Below the pieces are notes generated by a model. The model saw only the letters and a list, made by a program, of their open reading frames with translations, was not told where the DNA came from and made no database searches. From Chrysomallon squamiferum (Eukaryota; Animalia; Mollusca), in assembly GCA_012295275.1 (NCBI GenBank), contig CM022673.1, forward strand, positions 28,458,001 to 28,522,000: a stretch of 64,000 nucleotides of DNA, read 5' to 3'. The translations under genes were made by a program, and so were the position numbers. Positions 29,661-54,268 of this stretch are shown in pieces. Position 1 is the stretch's first letter; each line of letters starts with the position of its first letter.

Positions 29661-32537
29661 TCAGTCATGAGCTAGCACTGTATTAAACAAAAGGGTTTCC
29701 AAACAAGTTCCAACAATTATTCCTGAAATTCAAAAGATAAAAACCTTAGGAGTATAATAATTATGAGAAAAATAAAACTATTAAAAAGTAATCTAATTAG
29801 AAAACAAAACTGACAAAAATTATGAGATCAGTTAAGAGAAAATCATTTTATGTTAAATAGTATTATGTAACTAATCAAAAATATTTTTTGAAAACAAATA
29901 TCTTGCCAAAAAACTAGAAATCAAATCACATTTACAAAGCAAAGCAGAGTGTAACCATGGTTACAAAGATAAAATCAAATATTTTGTTTATTCTCCTTTA
30001 AACGTACTCAAGCACACAAAGAGAGCATGCACTCACAACCATGAAAAAAAGGATTAAAAAAATTAAATTGATTTTCACAAGAATGAGATCTAATGTTTTG
30101 ATTGCTATAGATTATAATTCTCTGAGAAACTTAGCCAGTCACAAATTACACATATTATTAACTCCAACATTTAAATAATTGCAAAAAAAAATACAATCCA
30201 AAAACAAGTGCAAAATGAATAGTTAACTGTTTACTAACAAAATATTAAAATTCTTTATATTTTTCAGGTAATCCATATTCTGAAACTACTACAATTAACC
30301 TGTTCTTACAAGATTACATTTTTTACCTGGATAATATTGCACAAGGTATAAATAAAATAAAATTGACTCACCTAGGGTTATGGAAAGACCAACAATATTG
30401 ATACACAATTCTCTGTCTTCATTTGGAAACTTGCTGCCGTGCAGTAACAGATAGAAAATGTTAACATAGGAAGCCCCACCAAGCAAACCAACATAAATCA
30501 TGAAGGCAGGTAAAACAGACACAGGCAGAAATTTGTACTGAAAAAACAAAACAAAAAATTAGAGGAAAAAGTTCACAAAAAAAATTGAATAAATATAAAA
30601 AATGTAATTAAGATTATAACAGAAAAATTCAATTCATTTGTTTTGAAGTTTTTTCTCTTTATTTTAAGAATCGAGTAAACAAATTAAAATATAAGGACAT
30701 TGAAAGCACAGAAATGCACATGTAGTTATTAAAAGAAATAACCAGAGTTTGATCAAATTAGTTTTTTATTTTATTTCAATGGGTTTAGCATCGACAAACA
30801 TAAACATATAGTACTTTGCAGGTTTGAATGGGTTCAGGAAGTACTTACATGTACGTCAAATATCCATATGATCATGTTGATAAATTGTAACAGAGAGAGA
30901 ATATCTACTCTTTTGATGATGAAAAGCTGAACTGAAGACCTGGACACAAACACACCAGCCTGAAAAAAACAGAAATATAATTTCAAAATTACACTCACCT
31001 TAAATTCTTATTTATGTGGCATCAGACATTTCATTCAGGACTGTACTAATACTAGAAATTTATACAGATCATATCAGATTCTGTATGTGTATATTTATAA
31101 ACTGAACATGATAACATAGATATATACAAACTATTCTGTGGATATTTACAAATGTTAACAAACCTGTATACATTTCACAACAGATACAAACTATTCTGTG
31201 GGTATTTACAAATGGTACCTGATAACACAACTGCAGTGCTGCATACAGTTCAGGACAGCCAATGTTGTATTCAGATTCAGGTCTTACTTTGGCAGCACAT
31301 CCTCGGGCAACATACTCAAACGTATACACAGCACACAGCTGAAAAAATATCAACTCATCTGTTTTGAAAATAATTAAAATATGGCAGATTTTGAAGGAAA
31401 GAAAAGAATGTATGTAAATATGGTTAACAATTTCTGCATACTGATGTGTTCCTACCTGACTATTATAGTCATTGATAATTTAATTATGGTGTTAGATTTA
31501 ATCTGCTGATTGAAAAGAATATATACGTTCAGTGATGGAAATTATAATTGTAAGAAGTGACCTGTAAAAAAAAAAAAAAAAGAATATAAATTTGACAGTA
31601 ATTTTATGTTCAACCAAAAAAAAGGAAGAAAAGGAAGAAAGTAAATAAAAGACAGAAATGACAGAGAAAGAAAATTATTGATAACACGTGGCTGGATATT
31701 GTTAAAACTGGAAAGATGACAATATCAAATACAATGGCTACAAAGAGTGCATTCTAAAAATAATGATCTTGTTACAATTTTCAGCTACCCAAAAGCTGTT
31801 TACTACTGGATGTCAAATAAATTAATTTTCTCTATCTCATTATTTTACAATAATTAACCTTTTCTCTATATTTCTCATCACTATCAGACTTAAAAAAATT
31901 TGAACTACAAATACCGGGGTAGAGAAAGTCATGACCAATATAGCAGTCATTAAAACAGCATGAGAGTCTAAATACATTGAAAAAACCACAAAATAAAACA
32001 AAGTCTACTAACATTAAATGCCAGCCAAGACACAAGTTTCAGACATCTCCAGATTCTCTTTAATTCACCTTCTTCTTGTTCGGGACTCTGAACAGAGTTT
32101 TCAAGTTCATCAATTTCGTAACGACCTGCAATTAAAAACATACCAGAGATTCAATTTTAAACAACAATACAAAAGAGTGTTAACAAAGATTCACAAACCC
32201 AAACAGATGTCTAGCAAAAAAGTGATAATAAAATAAAACAGCATGTATTATATAATAACTTAAACACAGAAGATCAAAGCACATTAAAACATTCAGATGA
32301 CAAGATGTTCTGACTGTATAAAACTCTGACTGTTTACCTGAATCACTTTTGAGAAGTGGCTTGTTTTCGTCTGGTGGCTCATTGATCATCAGCTGTGTGG
32401 ATTCAGGCACCCGAATGATGAGGAAATAGGCAACCCAGTACAAGAGAACAACAGGAGTTGTCAGCAGAAAAGCATATCTGAAATTTTATTAAAATGTTTG
32501 TCAAATGAAATGAAAAAACATTACATTAAATCTCAAA

Positions 32538-32589
<52 letters not shown>

Positions 32590-34791
32590 TTAGATACACA
32601 AACATGAGTACATAATCCCACAATCTTAAAGTGTTAGTTTTAGTATTGTTATATTCTTTGTCTAATCCTTCCAAATCTCTATCTCCCTCCTCTCCTTTAC
32701 CCACTTTCTTTTATTCTGTTTCTCATTTTATTTTATCTCACTTTGTTTTATTTCTTAACTTCAAACTGAGTATTATTATTATTATTATTATTATTTTTCA
32801 ATTTTGCACTTTAAATGTAACAAAACAAGTAGTAATATCAAAAATATGTGTCGTTCCTCACAATCTAATACAATATAAAATTAATTCATAAAATAAGTAA
32901 ACACACTTTGTAAGATGTTTCAGCTGATCTTGTTTGTCGTCTCCTTTCATAGCTGTGCAAGCCTGAAAAAAAACAACACAGAAAGCTTACTATAAACATT
33001 TTAAGTATAATACTCAACACATTTTTGCTCTGAGTATATTTTATATATCATGGTTCAAATGATTAAAGAATAGTGAACTGTAACTTTAATGTTTAAGAAC
33101 TTCATCTTGTCATTTTATTTGAAGCAAAATGAATTAATAACTCCAAGTGTGACAGAACAAAGTGGTGACTTTCAGGTGATATATCACAGTATTATTTTAT
33201 TATAATATGATACTTCTGTACAACTAATAACAGGTTGCTCAAAACTCTATAACAAATTGGAAAGAAAAAGAATTTTGCTGGAACATTTACTTACATCATA
33301 ACAGATACACTTAATTTTAGCCTTTCCTAGTTTGGCTTCAATGAAGATAATGTTTTTAGACTATTTATAGGTTATTTCAACTTCACCTTTGTTATTGCAT
33401 TTCTATTCAAAGTCTTAAAAGTGAGATTCAAAGATAGTATATCTTCCTCTTTTCTACATTTAATAAAAGGAATAAAATGCAAAGAAATAGAAGTAAACAT
33501 TATATAAGAGGAACATAAGCTGATAAATAAATAAATATAAGTAAAAGAAAGAAAACAATTAATTAATTCATGTCAAAAATATTTACAAAATAAACTTCCT
33601 ACCAGTCCATCTCCAAACAATTAATACTTACCAAAAATGACATAGATGGTTGCCCCTAGCAACCCAGCCATACCAGTGCCACTGGACCATGCATTGACCA
33701 GTTTACTGGGAAAACGAGACAAGAAACCCAGAGTGACACTGAAAGAACACAACATGTACAGTTTATTATCATTTGTATATCATACATCAAGATTTCTTTT
33801 ATTTTTATTATTATAAAATAAAAAAAAATAAAATAAAATAAAATAAAATAAACAACAAACAAGCAAACAAATAAACAAATAAAAAAGTTTAAAAATAAAT
33901 AAATAAATAAATAATAAAAAATAAACAAATATATAAATAAACTAAACAAACAAACAAACAAACAAACAAATAAAATAAATAAATAAATAAATAAACAAAT
34001 AAATAAATAAATAAATAAAATAAAATAAAATAAAATAAAATAAAATAAATAAATAAACAAATAAATAAATGACAGATTCCCCACCTAACGCCTCACTTAA
34101 ATCTGTGCACTCACCAATAACAAATACCCACATCAAAGGTTTTAAAAACTACTAATTAACCAACTTACGTATTACCCAAAGGTAGAAGACACTGAAGAAA
34201 TTAAGTACATAATATAAACTGTATACCATTAAATATGAATGTGAGGAATTATTAATTTTTTTTTTTTTTTTTACAAAATAACAACTGTTTTTCATTTGCA
34301 CCTATATTTTGAAGAAACTGAGATGCAGATGTTCAGAGGCTCAATTCTTCTCTTAACTCTCCTACAGGGATATTTTCTGCTTCAGCCAGTATTGTATAAT
34401 TGATTTATCAAAAGCTTTGGGATGTGCTATCCTGTCTATGACATGGTGCATATAGAAAGGTCTTTACTTCTAATTATGAAATAGAAAATGGTGGATGAAA
34501 AAATCAAAAGGATACCCAATAAATATTTATTTGGAGGATCTGGTATGCTGTGTATAATGTAGCCAAAATTATTTACATTTACCTTAACTTCGTGAAATTT
34601 GTTTAATGAAAAGAAAAAATGCTGGATTTCTGTTTGGAGCAAATCTTTAAGATAGTTTAAGATACATAAAATGACATTTAAAATTATTGGGAAAAAAAAA
34701 TAAAATAAAAAATAAAATTTACACCTACTTTTCTCCAAACGCTGCACTGGAACCACTAACAACCTAAAAAAAAAAAAAAAAAAAATAAAAA

Positions 34792-34824
<33 letters not shown>

Positions 34825-36700
34825 GATTATTGTCTTTAAGTGGTACACTTTTATTAATAAGATATAAAGTACTTTAGTTAATGATCAAAACATAAGAGGT
34901 CTATAAATTATACACAAAGATAATTAATGATTACTGTAATTTTTACTTTTATTATCATTATTACAACTTTCTTTTTTTAACAGAATTATTACATTTTTAA
35001 GTGTATTCTAATTTATTTCAAATTGAAGATCATAATTAGTTTTTTATGAAAATATAAAATTAGTAATTTATAAACATTAATGATATCATTTATGGATTAA
35101 AAACATGGGCAATAAAATTATTTTATTTAAAATCAATTTTAAAATGTCAGAGTATTAACAAATATGTGAAGATAAACTCCAACAAAATGTAAATTTATAT
35201 GTAATAAATAATAAAACTGTCACTTTAAAGAACAATTAACATAAAATAATAATTAGATAAACTGTTAAAATCAATTTTTATTTTTATCTGAAATGACAAT
35301 ATTTATTCAAGAGAAGTGAATCAACAACATTAAAAGCAAAGATATTTTATGAACTGAAAATGTATAGCCAGTCTTAAATAACTATGCATAAAACACTACC
35401 ATTAAAAATTAATTATTCTTAATCCAAAATACATCCACATTTCTGAAGCAATGTTGAATAATAACAACTGAAATTATTTAAGAAGCATTTACCTATATGT
35501 ATATATATATATATATATATATAGACAGAATTATCTTTAATTTTATAATAGTAACAAAAAGCCTAAAATTTGGTTTGCGTATTTCATACATGTTTTTTTA
35601 TTAGAAATTGGCTAACAATCTTAACTAATAACAAAGTATAACCATTAAAACATTATTATATCAAAATATATGATTGTGTTGTGCTTTTTTATAGACATAT
35701 TCATTCGTGTTATCAAACACAGACAAAACAATAATTTTAAAATAAACCAAATAAATTTTTGAATGTAAGTATCAGATGTATATTTACATTCTACTTACTA
35801 TGCAGAGAAGAGCAAACCAAAAACTGAATGCATACGCGACACCAAACAAACCTGAAAAAAAAAAAAATTCTAAAATAAAAAATGTGTTCACTGGACATAT
35901 ACCGGACTGACAAATTATGACAGGGGATTATTAAATTAACTATATTGAATTACTAAATTCTTAATCATACTGGGTTCCTAGATTACTTAATCATAGTGCA
36001 GTACCCGATTATGATACTGGATTACTAAACTAATCATACCAAAGTACTAGATTATGATATCAGATTACCCAAAAATTTCCTAAATGTGAGCAACTGTTTC
36101 GAATGCTACATGGGCTGGGGGCTAAATTTCTATTCCCCAGCAATATATATTTTGAAACATGAGCATTATTATATTTTATATACATACCTAATAGCATCAA
36201 ACATCCATTTACCAAATATCTGAGAGAAAAGGACACTTTTAACAGGAAAAATGTGTTGAGTGCTGAAAAAAGATGAAAAAAGTTTTAAATATTAACAGTG
36301 TATATTTGTTTGTGTTCAGTGCTTTGAGAAATGAATAATTATACACATTGCCAACTGACCAGTCAGTGAGAAAACTAATTACCAAAAATACTAGTGACTA
36401 TTCTAGTAAACTAATTGCAGTTAAACTTTTAATGTTTTATATTAATTTTCTCTCAAACTGGAATGCACTAACCATTACCACTGGAGCACCAGCTGGAATG
36501 TGAGAAATTTTAAAATCAGAAATTATTTTATAATATTTACTCACACTTAACAACTGCAGCCAGTGCTACATTTGCTCCAAACACAAGTCCAACATTATTC
36601 TTTTGATGAAAACTGTAAAAAAAAAAAAAACATTAAATAAATCTGGGTGTATATTTTGTTAATTTGGTATAAACTGCTTTTCTTTTGGGTAGTTAATTTA

Positions 36701-36744
<44 letters not shown>

Positions 36745-37494
36745 TTATGTAGTAATTGTAATAGTAGTAGTAGTATTTTAATATATAAAAATGTATATTA
36801 AATATAGATACGAATTTTATAGTGCTGTGGGTTGATGAAAAATTAGGATTAATCAAAAAGCTAAACATCACATAGCAAAATTTATCAAGTATTAAACAAC
36901 GTTTTTATATATATATATATAACATTAATTCCTGACTGATACACAAAAGTAACAAATGTTTATGATATCAAAGCCAGTGCAATATCCTGAATGTATTGCT
37001 ACTGAATTCATTAAATAAACATATTACTGAGCAGGTTTGGTGTAAGTTTTAAATCATATTACCGTTCAGAGATTGTATCTGCAGCTGAGTTAACAATTAC
37101 ATATGGCAAATTGTTAATTGCTCCAAGTAGAAAAAACCCAATCTGAAAGAATCATAACCAGATTATATTTCAAATATTTAAAGAGGTTGACACAATACAC
37201 CAAGTAAAAATAAAATAAAATAAAATAAAATAACTGAAAAGAAGATAAATAAATAAATAAATAAATCAATAAATCAATAAATAAATAACAATACAAAATA
37301 ATGTTCTGCATTCATTTATAATAAGAATGAAAATTCTTTAGACTTGTACATACTGTACCATATAATTATTTATTATAATTTTATTTTTTATTTATTTACT
37401 TATTTATTTTTTGTTCCTATGTCTCTATCTTTTTCTTCATTTTTATTTAATTATTTAATTTAATTTTATTATATTTATTAATTCTGTTTAATCT

Positions 37495-37561
<67 letters not shown>

Positions 37562-37954
37562 CATTTTAGATTTTGGAGACAGACATTTGTGTGTGACAAT
37601 AATTAAGGTCATTTACTAATAAATAAATATATAGACAAATAAAATATTAATAATAATATTAATAATAATAATAATTACAAGGTGTCATTATCTTATTTGT
37701 AAAATGAACTATTTTTTACAAAATATTACAGTTTATTGACGCTGGTGAACCTTCTTTCTCTTTTATTATTATTATTATTATTATTATAACATATCTGTGC
37801 ATCAGTGGCATATCCAATATAATATTCGTGAAACAGTTATAAACGAACTCTGTCGAAGACGACATAACGCCATTGACAAGATAGTTGACAGTAAATGAAA
37901 CATTTGTTTATTAACTCGTTTCAAACTCACCCAGTTTCTTATTAGCATAGACAT
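29661..37954 (-). CDS. CLN3/battenin (BTN1) family lysosomal multi-pass membrane protein, ~399 aa, 14 exons
   Basis: Exons (minus): 37954-37931, 37142-37063, 36612-36545, 36262-36188, 35851-35799, 34763-34729, 33738-33632, 32952(or 32962)-32907, 32477-32338, 32125-32013, 31338-31219, 30959-30849, 30537-30372, 29722-29661. Family motifs: RNWIGFFLLGAINNLPYVIVNSAA, SAAFGENVTLGF, AWSSGTGMAGLLGA, VYTFEY, YQAGVFVSRSS, GLLGGASYVNIF, EDRE. Confidence 0.93.
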
Positions 37955-38745
37955 TATACTTTGCTGGTATTCGGACTATTCTACTATGTATGTATAAATA
38001 AATTCACATGATGTGCGGCACCTGACTACTATCAATAGGCAGTGAAATGACTAGGCAATGGATAAGCTAACATGTCAAAGTTCACATGTAATTTGGTAAA
38101 ACAGCTGTCTCGAAAAAGGTATCCGTTTCCGTGTTATCACAAGGGGCATAACTCTCACAAGCCATACTGGGGAGAATCAAAAAGTCATAGAAAACGTCGG
38201 ATTAACAACTACAACAACAACAAATCAGACTTCGGTCATGCTCTGGAAATTAGCAATGGAGTCCAAATTATTAAACTGGAAGGGAAACCTAAACCGTCAT
38301 TTATGATTCAAAAAATGAAATTCTGCTAAATTATAATTAAATCTAAATATAACAATCTTTTATGCGGTTTTATTGCTGCTGTATTTTTAAAGATATAATT
38401 TGTGTTCATGCATTTTGAACAGTCATTAAGATTAATTATTTTTTTTTTTAAATTTTTTTAATGCAATTTTATAGCAATGATATTTATTTATTTCTGTTTC
38501 TATTTCAATTATTATTATTACTTTTCTTCAATTTTTATTTATTTATTTATGTTTAGTTTTCTACCAAGACGAATTTATATACATATGAAATATTCTAAAA
38601 TAAATATTCATTAGCCCGAACAATTTGCGTTGATGTCACTTTCTCAAATATCTTTCTCAAATTCTACAAGACATACACATGAAACCGTGACGTATGCAAG
38701 TGGGTGACGTAATATTATTGTCTTCCTTTTTTACTTAGATGGAGA

Positions 38746-49129
<10,384 letters not shown>

Positions 49130-49169
49130 TAATACTCTTAGCTAGCGTTCTTAAACAGCTATTTCTTTA

Positions 49170-49393
49170 TATACTGTTTATAAAGATATATATCTGTGTG
49201 GAATAAATGCTAGCAATGAATTATTTGTAACATTTTTCTTATGACTAAAGCTGGCTCATAAACTCGTTTTGTAGATCGGTTATTTTTTTAACAGTATTTA
49301 AAAAGATACGTCTGTATGAAATAAGTGCTGGCATGGAATTATTTGTAACATTTTTGTGAAAAAATGAAGCTGGCTTATAAGATTATTTTTTGT
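49170..49393. repeat. Diverged ~118-bp tandem duplication just downstream of the F-BAR gene stop codon
   Basis: gaattatttgtaacattttt and aagctggct(c/t)ataa each occur twice, about 118 bp apart. Confidence 0.8.
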
Positions 49394-51581
49394 CGCATTC
49401 GTTTTCACTGTTGTTATGAAGAGGTATTTTTTTTAAGCTAAATACCAAATACTAAATTAAGGTTTATTATAACGAATGATGTTAATATATGCTTCATTTA
49501 TATTTGAGCCGTCTTCTTTTTTTTTAAATTTGATATTCTTCTTCTGTTCAGAATTATTTGTGTTTGAATGTACCCTTAAACATAACACGTTCCATTAATA
49601 TTACTACTAAATTTAATATGGTTATATTACATTTTGAAAGATCGATAGATATCTATCCACTTTAAACAAAAAAGCGTTCGGATAAAGAGCAAGGTGGCTG
49701 GGAGTTCACGTTTTCTAATGCGATGCATACACTAAAAGTCGTAATTCCCGACGAAACACAAACTGGAATGTGAAGCATTAATTAGCTACGCTATGCTGTG
49801 ATATTTAAGTATGTAAGACAACGATTTATTTAGAAAATGGATGGTAAAGGCATTCCTTCATGAAATTCGATGAGCTACTGCTGGTAATGTGATACAGCGA
49901 GGGAGAGATGAACGCTCTTTGGTAACTTTATGGAACACAGTATTGTGGAGTTCCGGCCCGTTTGATGGAATGATGAAATACATCGAAACAGTGAAACTCA
50001 GATAGCCAGTTGTGGAGGAATCCGACATTTTTGGAGCTGCATTGCGGTAGCAAAATGTTTAGCTTCAAATTCTGGACATGGATGGGAAAATAAAAATCCT
50101 ATGGAAATTTTATCCGCGATAAAACATGTTTCTTTCAAGTATTAATGAATAACTGTGATACAAAGAATGCTAACGAAGAACAGACTGGTGTAGACGCGGT
50201 AATGCATTCTGAAAAAAAAATCGATCTACGTTTAAGCCAAAAGAATTTGGCAAAACGTCACGTTTTCCTGGTGAGCTGGAACTGAAGCGCTTGTGGACTG
50301 ATTCAAATAAAAGTTTTACACATATAGCCTCTGATTCGTAGCTACCATACTTTGTCGAATCTGGATTAGCATAAATCATAATTCGTTTCACTTTTCTTTA
50401 TCGTTAAATAATAACGTTGCGAAGTTTTGTGATAAGGGGGTTAACTCCTTCGAGTTTAATTATTTTAATCATTAAAACCAGCTATGACATTATTATTTAT
50501 AATTATAGGTAATAAGTATTGTTTAAAATGCTTTAAAATATTTATGTTTTATTATACTTTGTTCTTGTGGTTAAAAAGTACGCATCTGAAATTTATATAA
50601 AAATATATAAAAAAGTAATAAAATAAAATATTTTCTCATTGGTTGTAACATTCTCTATATAGTCTCCTGAAATACTTTATACAGATTCTGTATTTTAAAA
50701 CTATTTTAGTATTCTTTTTATCTTCTTCCTCTTCTTAATTACTTTTATTTATTTAGTTTGTATTTTTCACTCGGAATGTTTGTTATTTTCACTCTTTTTT
50801 TTTTCGTTTTATTTGTTTATTTATCTTTGTATAATTTAATGTAACATACCAGTTTAATCTGATTTTTATGTATATTGGACAGAAGGAATATTTGTTTGTA
50901 TATTTTTAGTACTGATCTGAAATTAACATCGTGATTGGTACCATCTTAATGTTCGCATGGTATAAAGGCTTAAAGGTGAAGGAATGAAGATCAAATGGTT
51001 TGTGGTGGATTTGGCATTTTACGGAAAAAAATTCACGGAGTTTAGAAAAACTGAATTTAGAACTTAAAAAACTGTGTTGTGTTAATGTAATTAAAATTGC
51101 GTTATTTTGTTTAATTACGTTTTTCTCATTCTTGTCATAAATTTGTTTCTTGTATTATTTGTTTTTCGTTTTGCTTTTATTATATAAGAATTTTTTATTT
51201 AATATATACATATAGATAAAACGCTAATAGATGCATTCAAAATTTCGAATTTATTAAATATATATTTGATAACAATAAACTTTTGATATCAGTTATAGGA
51301 TACGTTTTGACATCAGTATTATGTAATAAATAATAATAATAAAAATATTATAAATATTTGCCCGCATGAAACAAATTGATTGAATATAAAATTAAAATTA
51401 TATATTGTTTGATATTAAACGTATGGTCAGAAAAAATAAATATTATTTATGATTTGGTATTTTTATGATTATAATTATTTACTTCTTTAAATTTGTAATG
51501 TATTCATCAAAATGCCATTAGGATAAAAAAAAAAGTTTTGTTATTTATTATTATTATTAACATTAATAGAAGTAGTAGCAT

Positions 51582-51628
<47 letters not shown>

Positions 51629-51716
51629 ATAGTGGTAGTAAAAATATAACTTTTGATATAAGTAAATTGACAGAATAATGTTGTTTTACATTATCATAAA
51701 TAATAATAATAATATC

Positions 51717-51773
<57 letters not shown>

Positions 51774-52385
51774 TTAATTAAATATAATGTATTTGCTTGA
51801 AGCCATTATACATCTGCCAGTAATTTATAAATGTACGTATCTCACACACACACAAAATAAATAAATAAATAATAAATAATAATAATAAATAAAAACGATT
51901 TAAAAAGTAAAAAAAAAAAAATTAAAGGAGATAAAGAAAAAAAACGAAAAAAGGAGTGACTGTTTTGTTTGTTACATACATCATACATATAATTATGCAA
52001 ATCGAAATAAACAAAGACACAAATCTATGAACTCGACTTATTTAGATTAAAAACGATTTAATTAACTAATTTTTAGTTGTTTTTTTGTTTGTTATTAATA
52101 CTTTTGGAATTAAACTGTAAACGCCGAAAGATTTAGAGTTATCTCCATTTATGCTAGTGAAAAAAAAAAAGCACTGGGTGAAATTATTAGAAGACAAAAA
52201 TTTTGGAATTTAAGGTACGTGGTATTTATTTACTGTTTTCTTTTTTCTTCTTGTTCTCAAATTCATAGCGATGAAGTAACATAATTACGATTTCTGTAAT
52301 TACGTTTTAGTAAATTACATTTCATTAACATGGCCGGTGTACGTCAGATTGTTACCGAAATGTATTTATTTATTATTATTTATTT

Positions 52386-52463
<78 letters not shown>

Positions 52464-52585
52464 TAATTTAATTATTTATTATGTAATTATTATTATTTAG
52501 ATCATCATCATTATTTAACAAAAGTGTCGATATTTTGTTTAATGTTTAATAAATAAAAGAAATTTGTTTTGTGCTGTAAACTTGT

Positions 52586-52651
<66 letters not shown>

Positions 52652-53235
52652 TGAATATGAATATGAATAAATGAATAATAAAATGTATGGCTAATAGATC
52701 ATATATAGTGTTTTATGTCGGTAGGTACGTAGATACATAAATACAGATGTGTGTGTGTGTCTACTTCGAATTTTACATACAGTGAACAAACACTTTTTTA
52801 ATAATCGAAAAAGTCAACCAAACTTAACTGCAGTTAAATTCCAGTCTAAACTCTAAAGTACAGAAGCGTCAATAATTTAAAGCACAATATTAAAACACGC
52901 GATATTTAATATTAATGTATTAAAATTACTTGAAGTGTAGAATTATTTCAGATGAGTTCTTAATCGTGAGATCGTGTCAGAACGTAACAGTGCTGCTTAG
53001 TAAGCTCGTACGTAACACCTGGAGAATTGGCTATTCATTCTTTGTCATTCCTTGCGTGAGACGAAATACATACAGTTTGGCAAGCAGAATGTTGCTTAGA
53101 AATGATAAGTGTCTATTGAAAAAGAAATGAGTGTAATACATTGATGAATCGAATGGGTTAACAAGCATCATGTGTGTGTGTGTGTGTGTGTGTGTATGTC
53201 TGTGTGTACTTTTCTTTGTTGTTAGTTTTTCTTTA

Positions 53236-53274
<39 letters not shown>

Positions 53275-53713
53275 TTTATATATTTTGATTTATCTTTCAA
53301 AACCCACGAATCCGCCCATTCATCATATTAGCACCTAGTCATTCTGCTCCAGTATCTCCTTAGCAGTTCGTAACGAATTATAATGTCTAGGAAATCGGAT
53401 ATCTGTTTGCTTTTTTTTTTCAACTGCTTCTTTGCTTCGCAATACTTTTAGTGAGAAACAGTGGTGGTCAATTGAATCAAGCCAATGAAATGAAAATTAC
53501 TGATTCCACGGAATTAATTGATCGGACGAAGCCGTGGTCAGCGCGGGATTGACCAAGACTTGGAAAGAGTCTTACATATATTAGATTAAATGAACCTTTG
53601 GCAGGGGCAGTAAACTCGAACTGAGGTTGTTCGTTTGCTGAATTCTGTTCCATCTGTCACTGTGAAACAGACTGTGGATAATTAAAATTATTCGTTAAAT
53701 TAATAATAATTAA

Positions 53714-53762
<49 letters not shown>

Positions 53763-53834
53763 GTAGTAGTAGTAGTAGTAGTAGTAGTAATAGTAGTAAT
53801 AATCGTAGTAGTAGTAGTGGTAGTAATAATATTA

Positions 53835-54050
53835 ATAATAAATACTGGCTTCAGACTATATTAAAGTAAAGTAGTACTGCTTATTGTACAGTAGTAGTAG
53901 TAATAGTAATAGTAATAGTAATAATACTGGCTTCACATTGCTGTTATTGTACAGTAGTAGTAGTAATAGTGGTAATAGTGGTAATAGTAGTAGTAGTAAT
54001 AAATACTGGCTTCACACTACATTGTTATTATACTGTAGTAGTAGTACTGA
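53835..54050. repeat. Compound repeat: AATACTGGCTTCA-cored unit x3 interleaved with (AGT)n
   Basis: aatactggcttca at ~53842, 53924 and 54002, each followed by ttatt(g/a)tac(a/t)gtagtagt. Confidence 0.8.
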
Positions 54051-54212
54051 TACTGTTACCACCAATTTCTTCTATTTCAGTTTCACTATATCTCTAAATT
54101 GCACCATATTTTTTGTTTATTCTCTTTTGATGCTGTTGGTGTTTTTAAAAATATAATTAAAATTAAGTAAAATAAAATGAAAAAAAAAAAAATTAAAAAG
54201 TTAATAAAATAG

Positions 54213-54268
<56 letters not shown>

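Noticed and set aside
35930-36070. Degenerate GATTA/TAATCATA minisatellite in a CLN3-like intron
   Set aside because: Ordinary low-complexity intronic repeat with no further structure.
53600-53680. Short imperfect hairpins as candidate miRNA or SECIS
   Set aside because: Stems are too short and irregular, and they match no mature miRNA I recognise.
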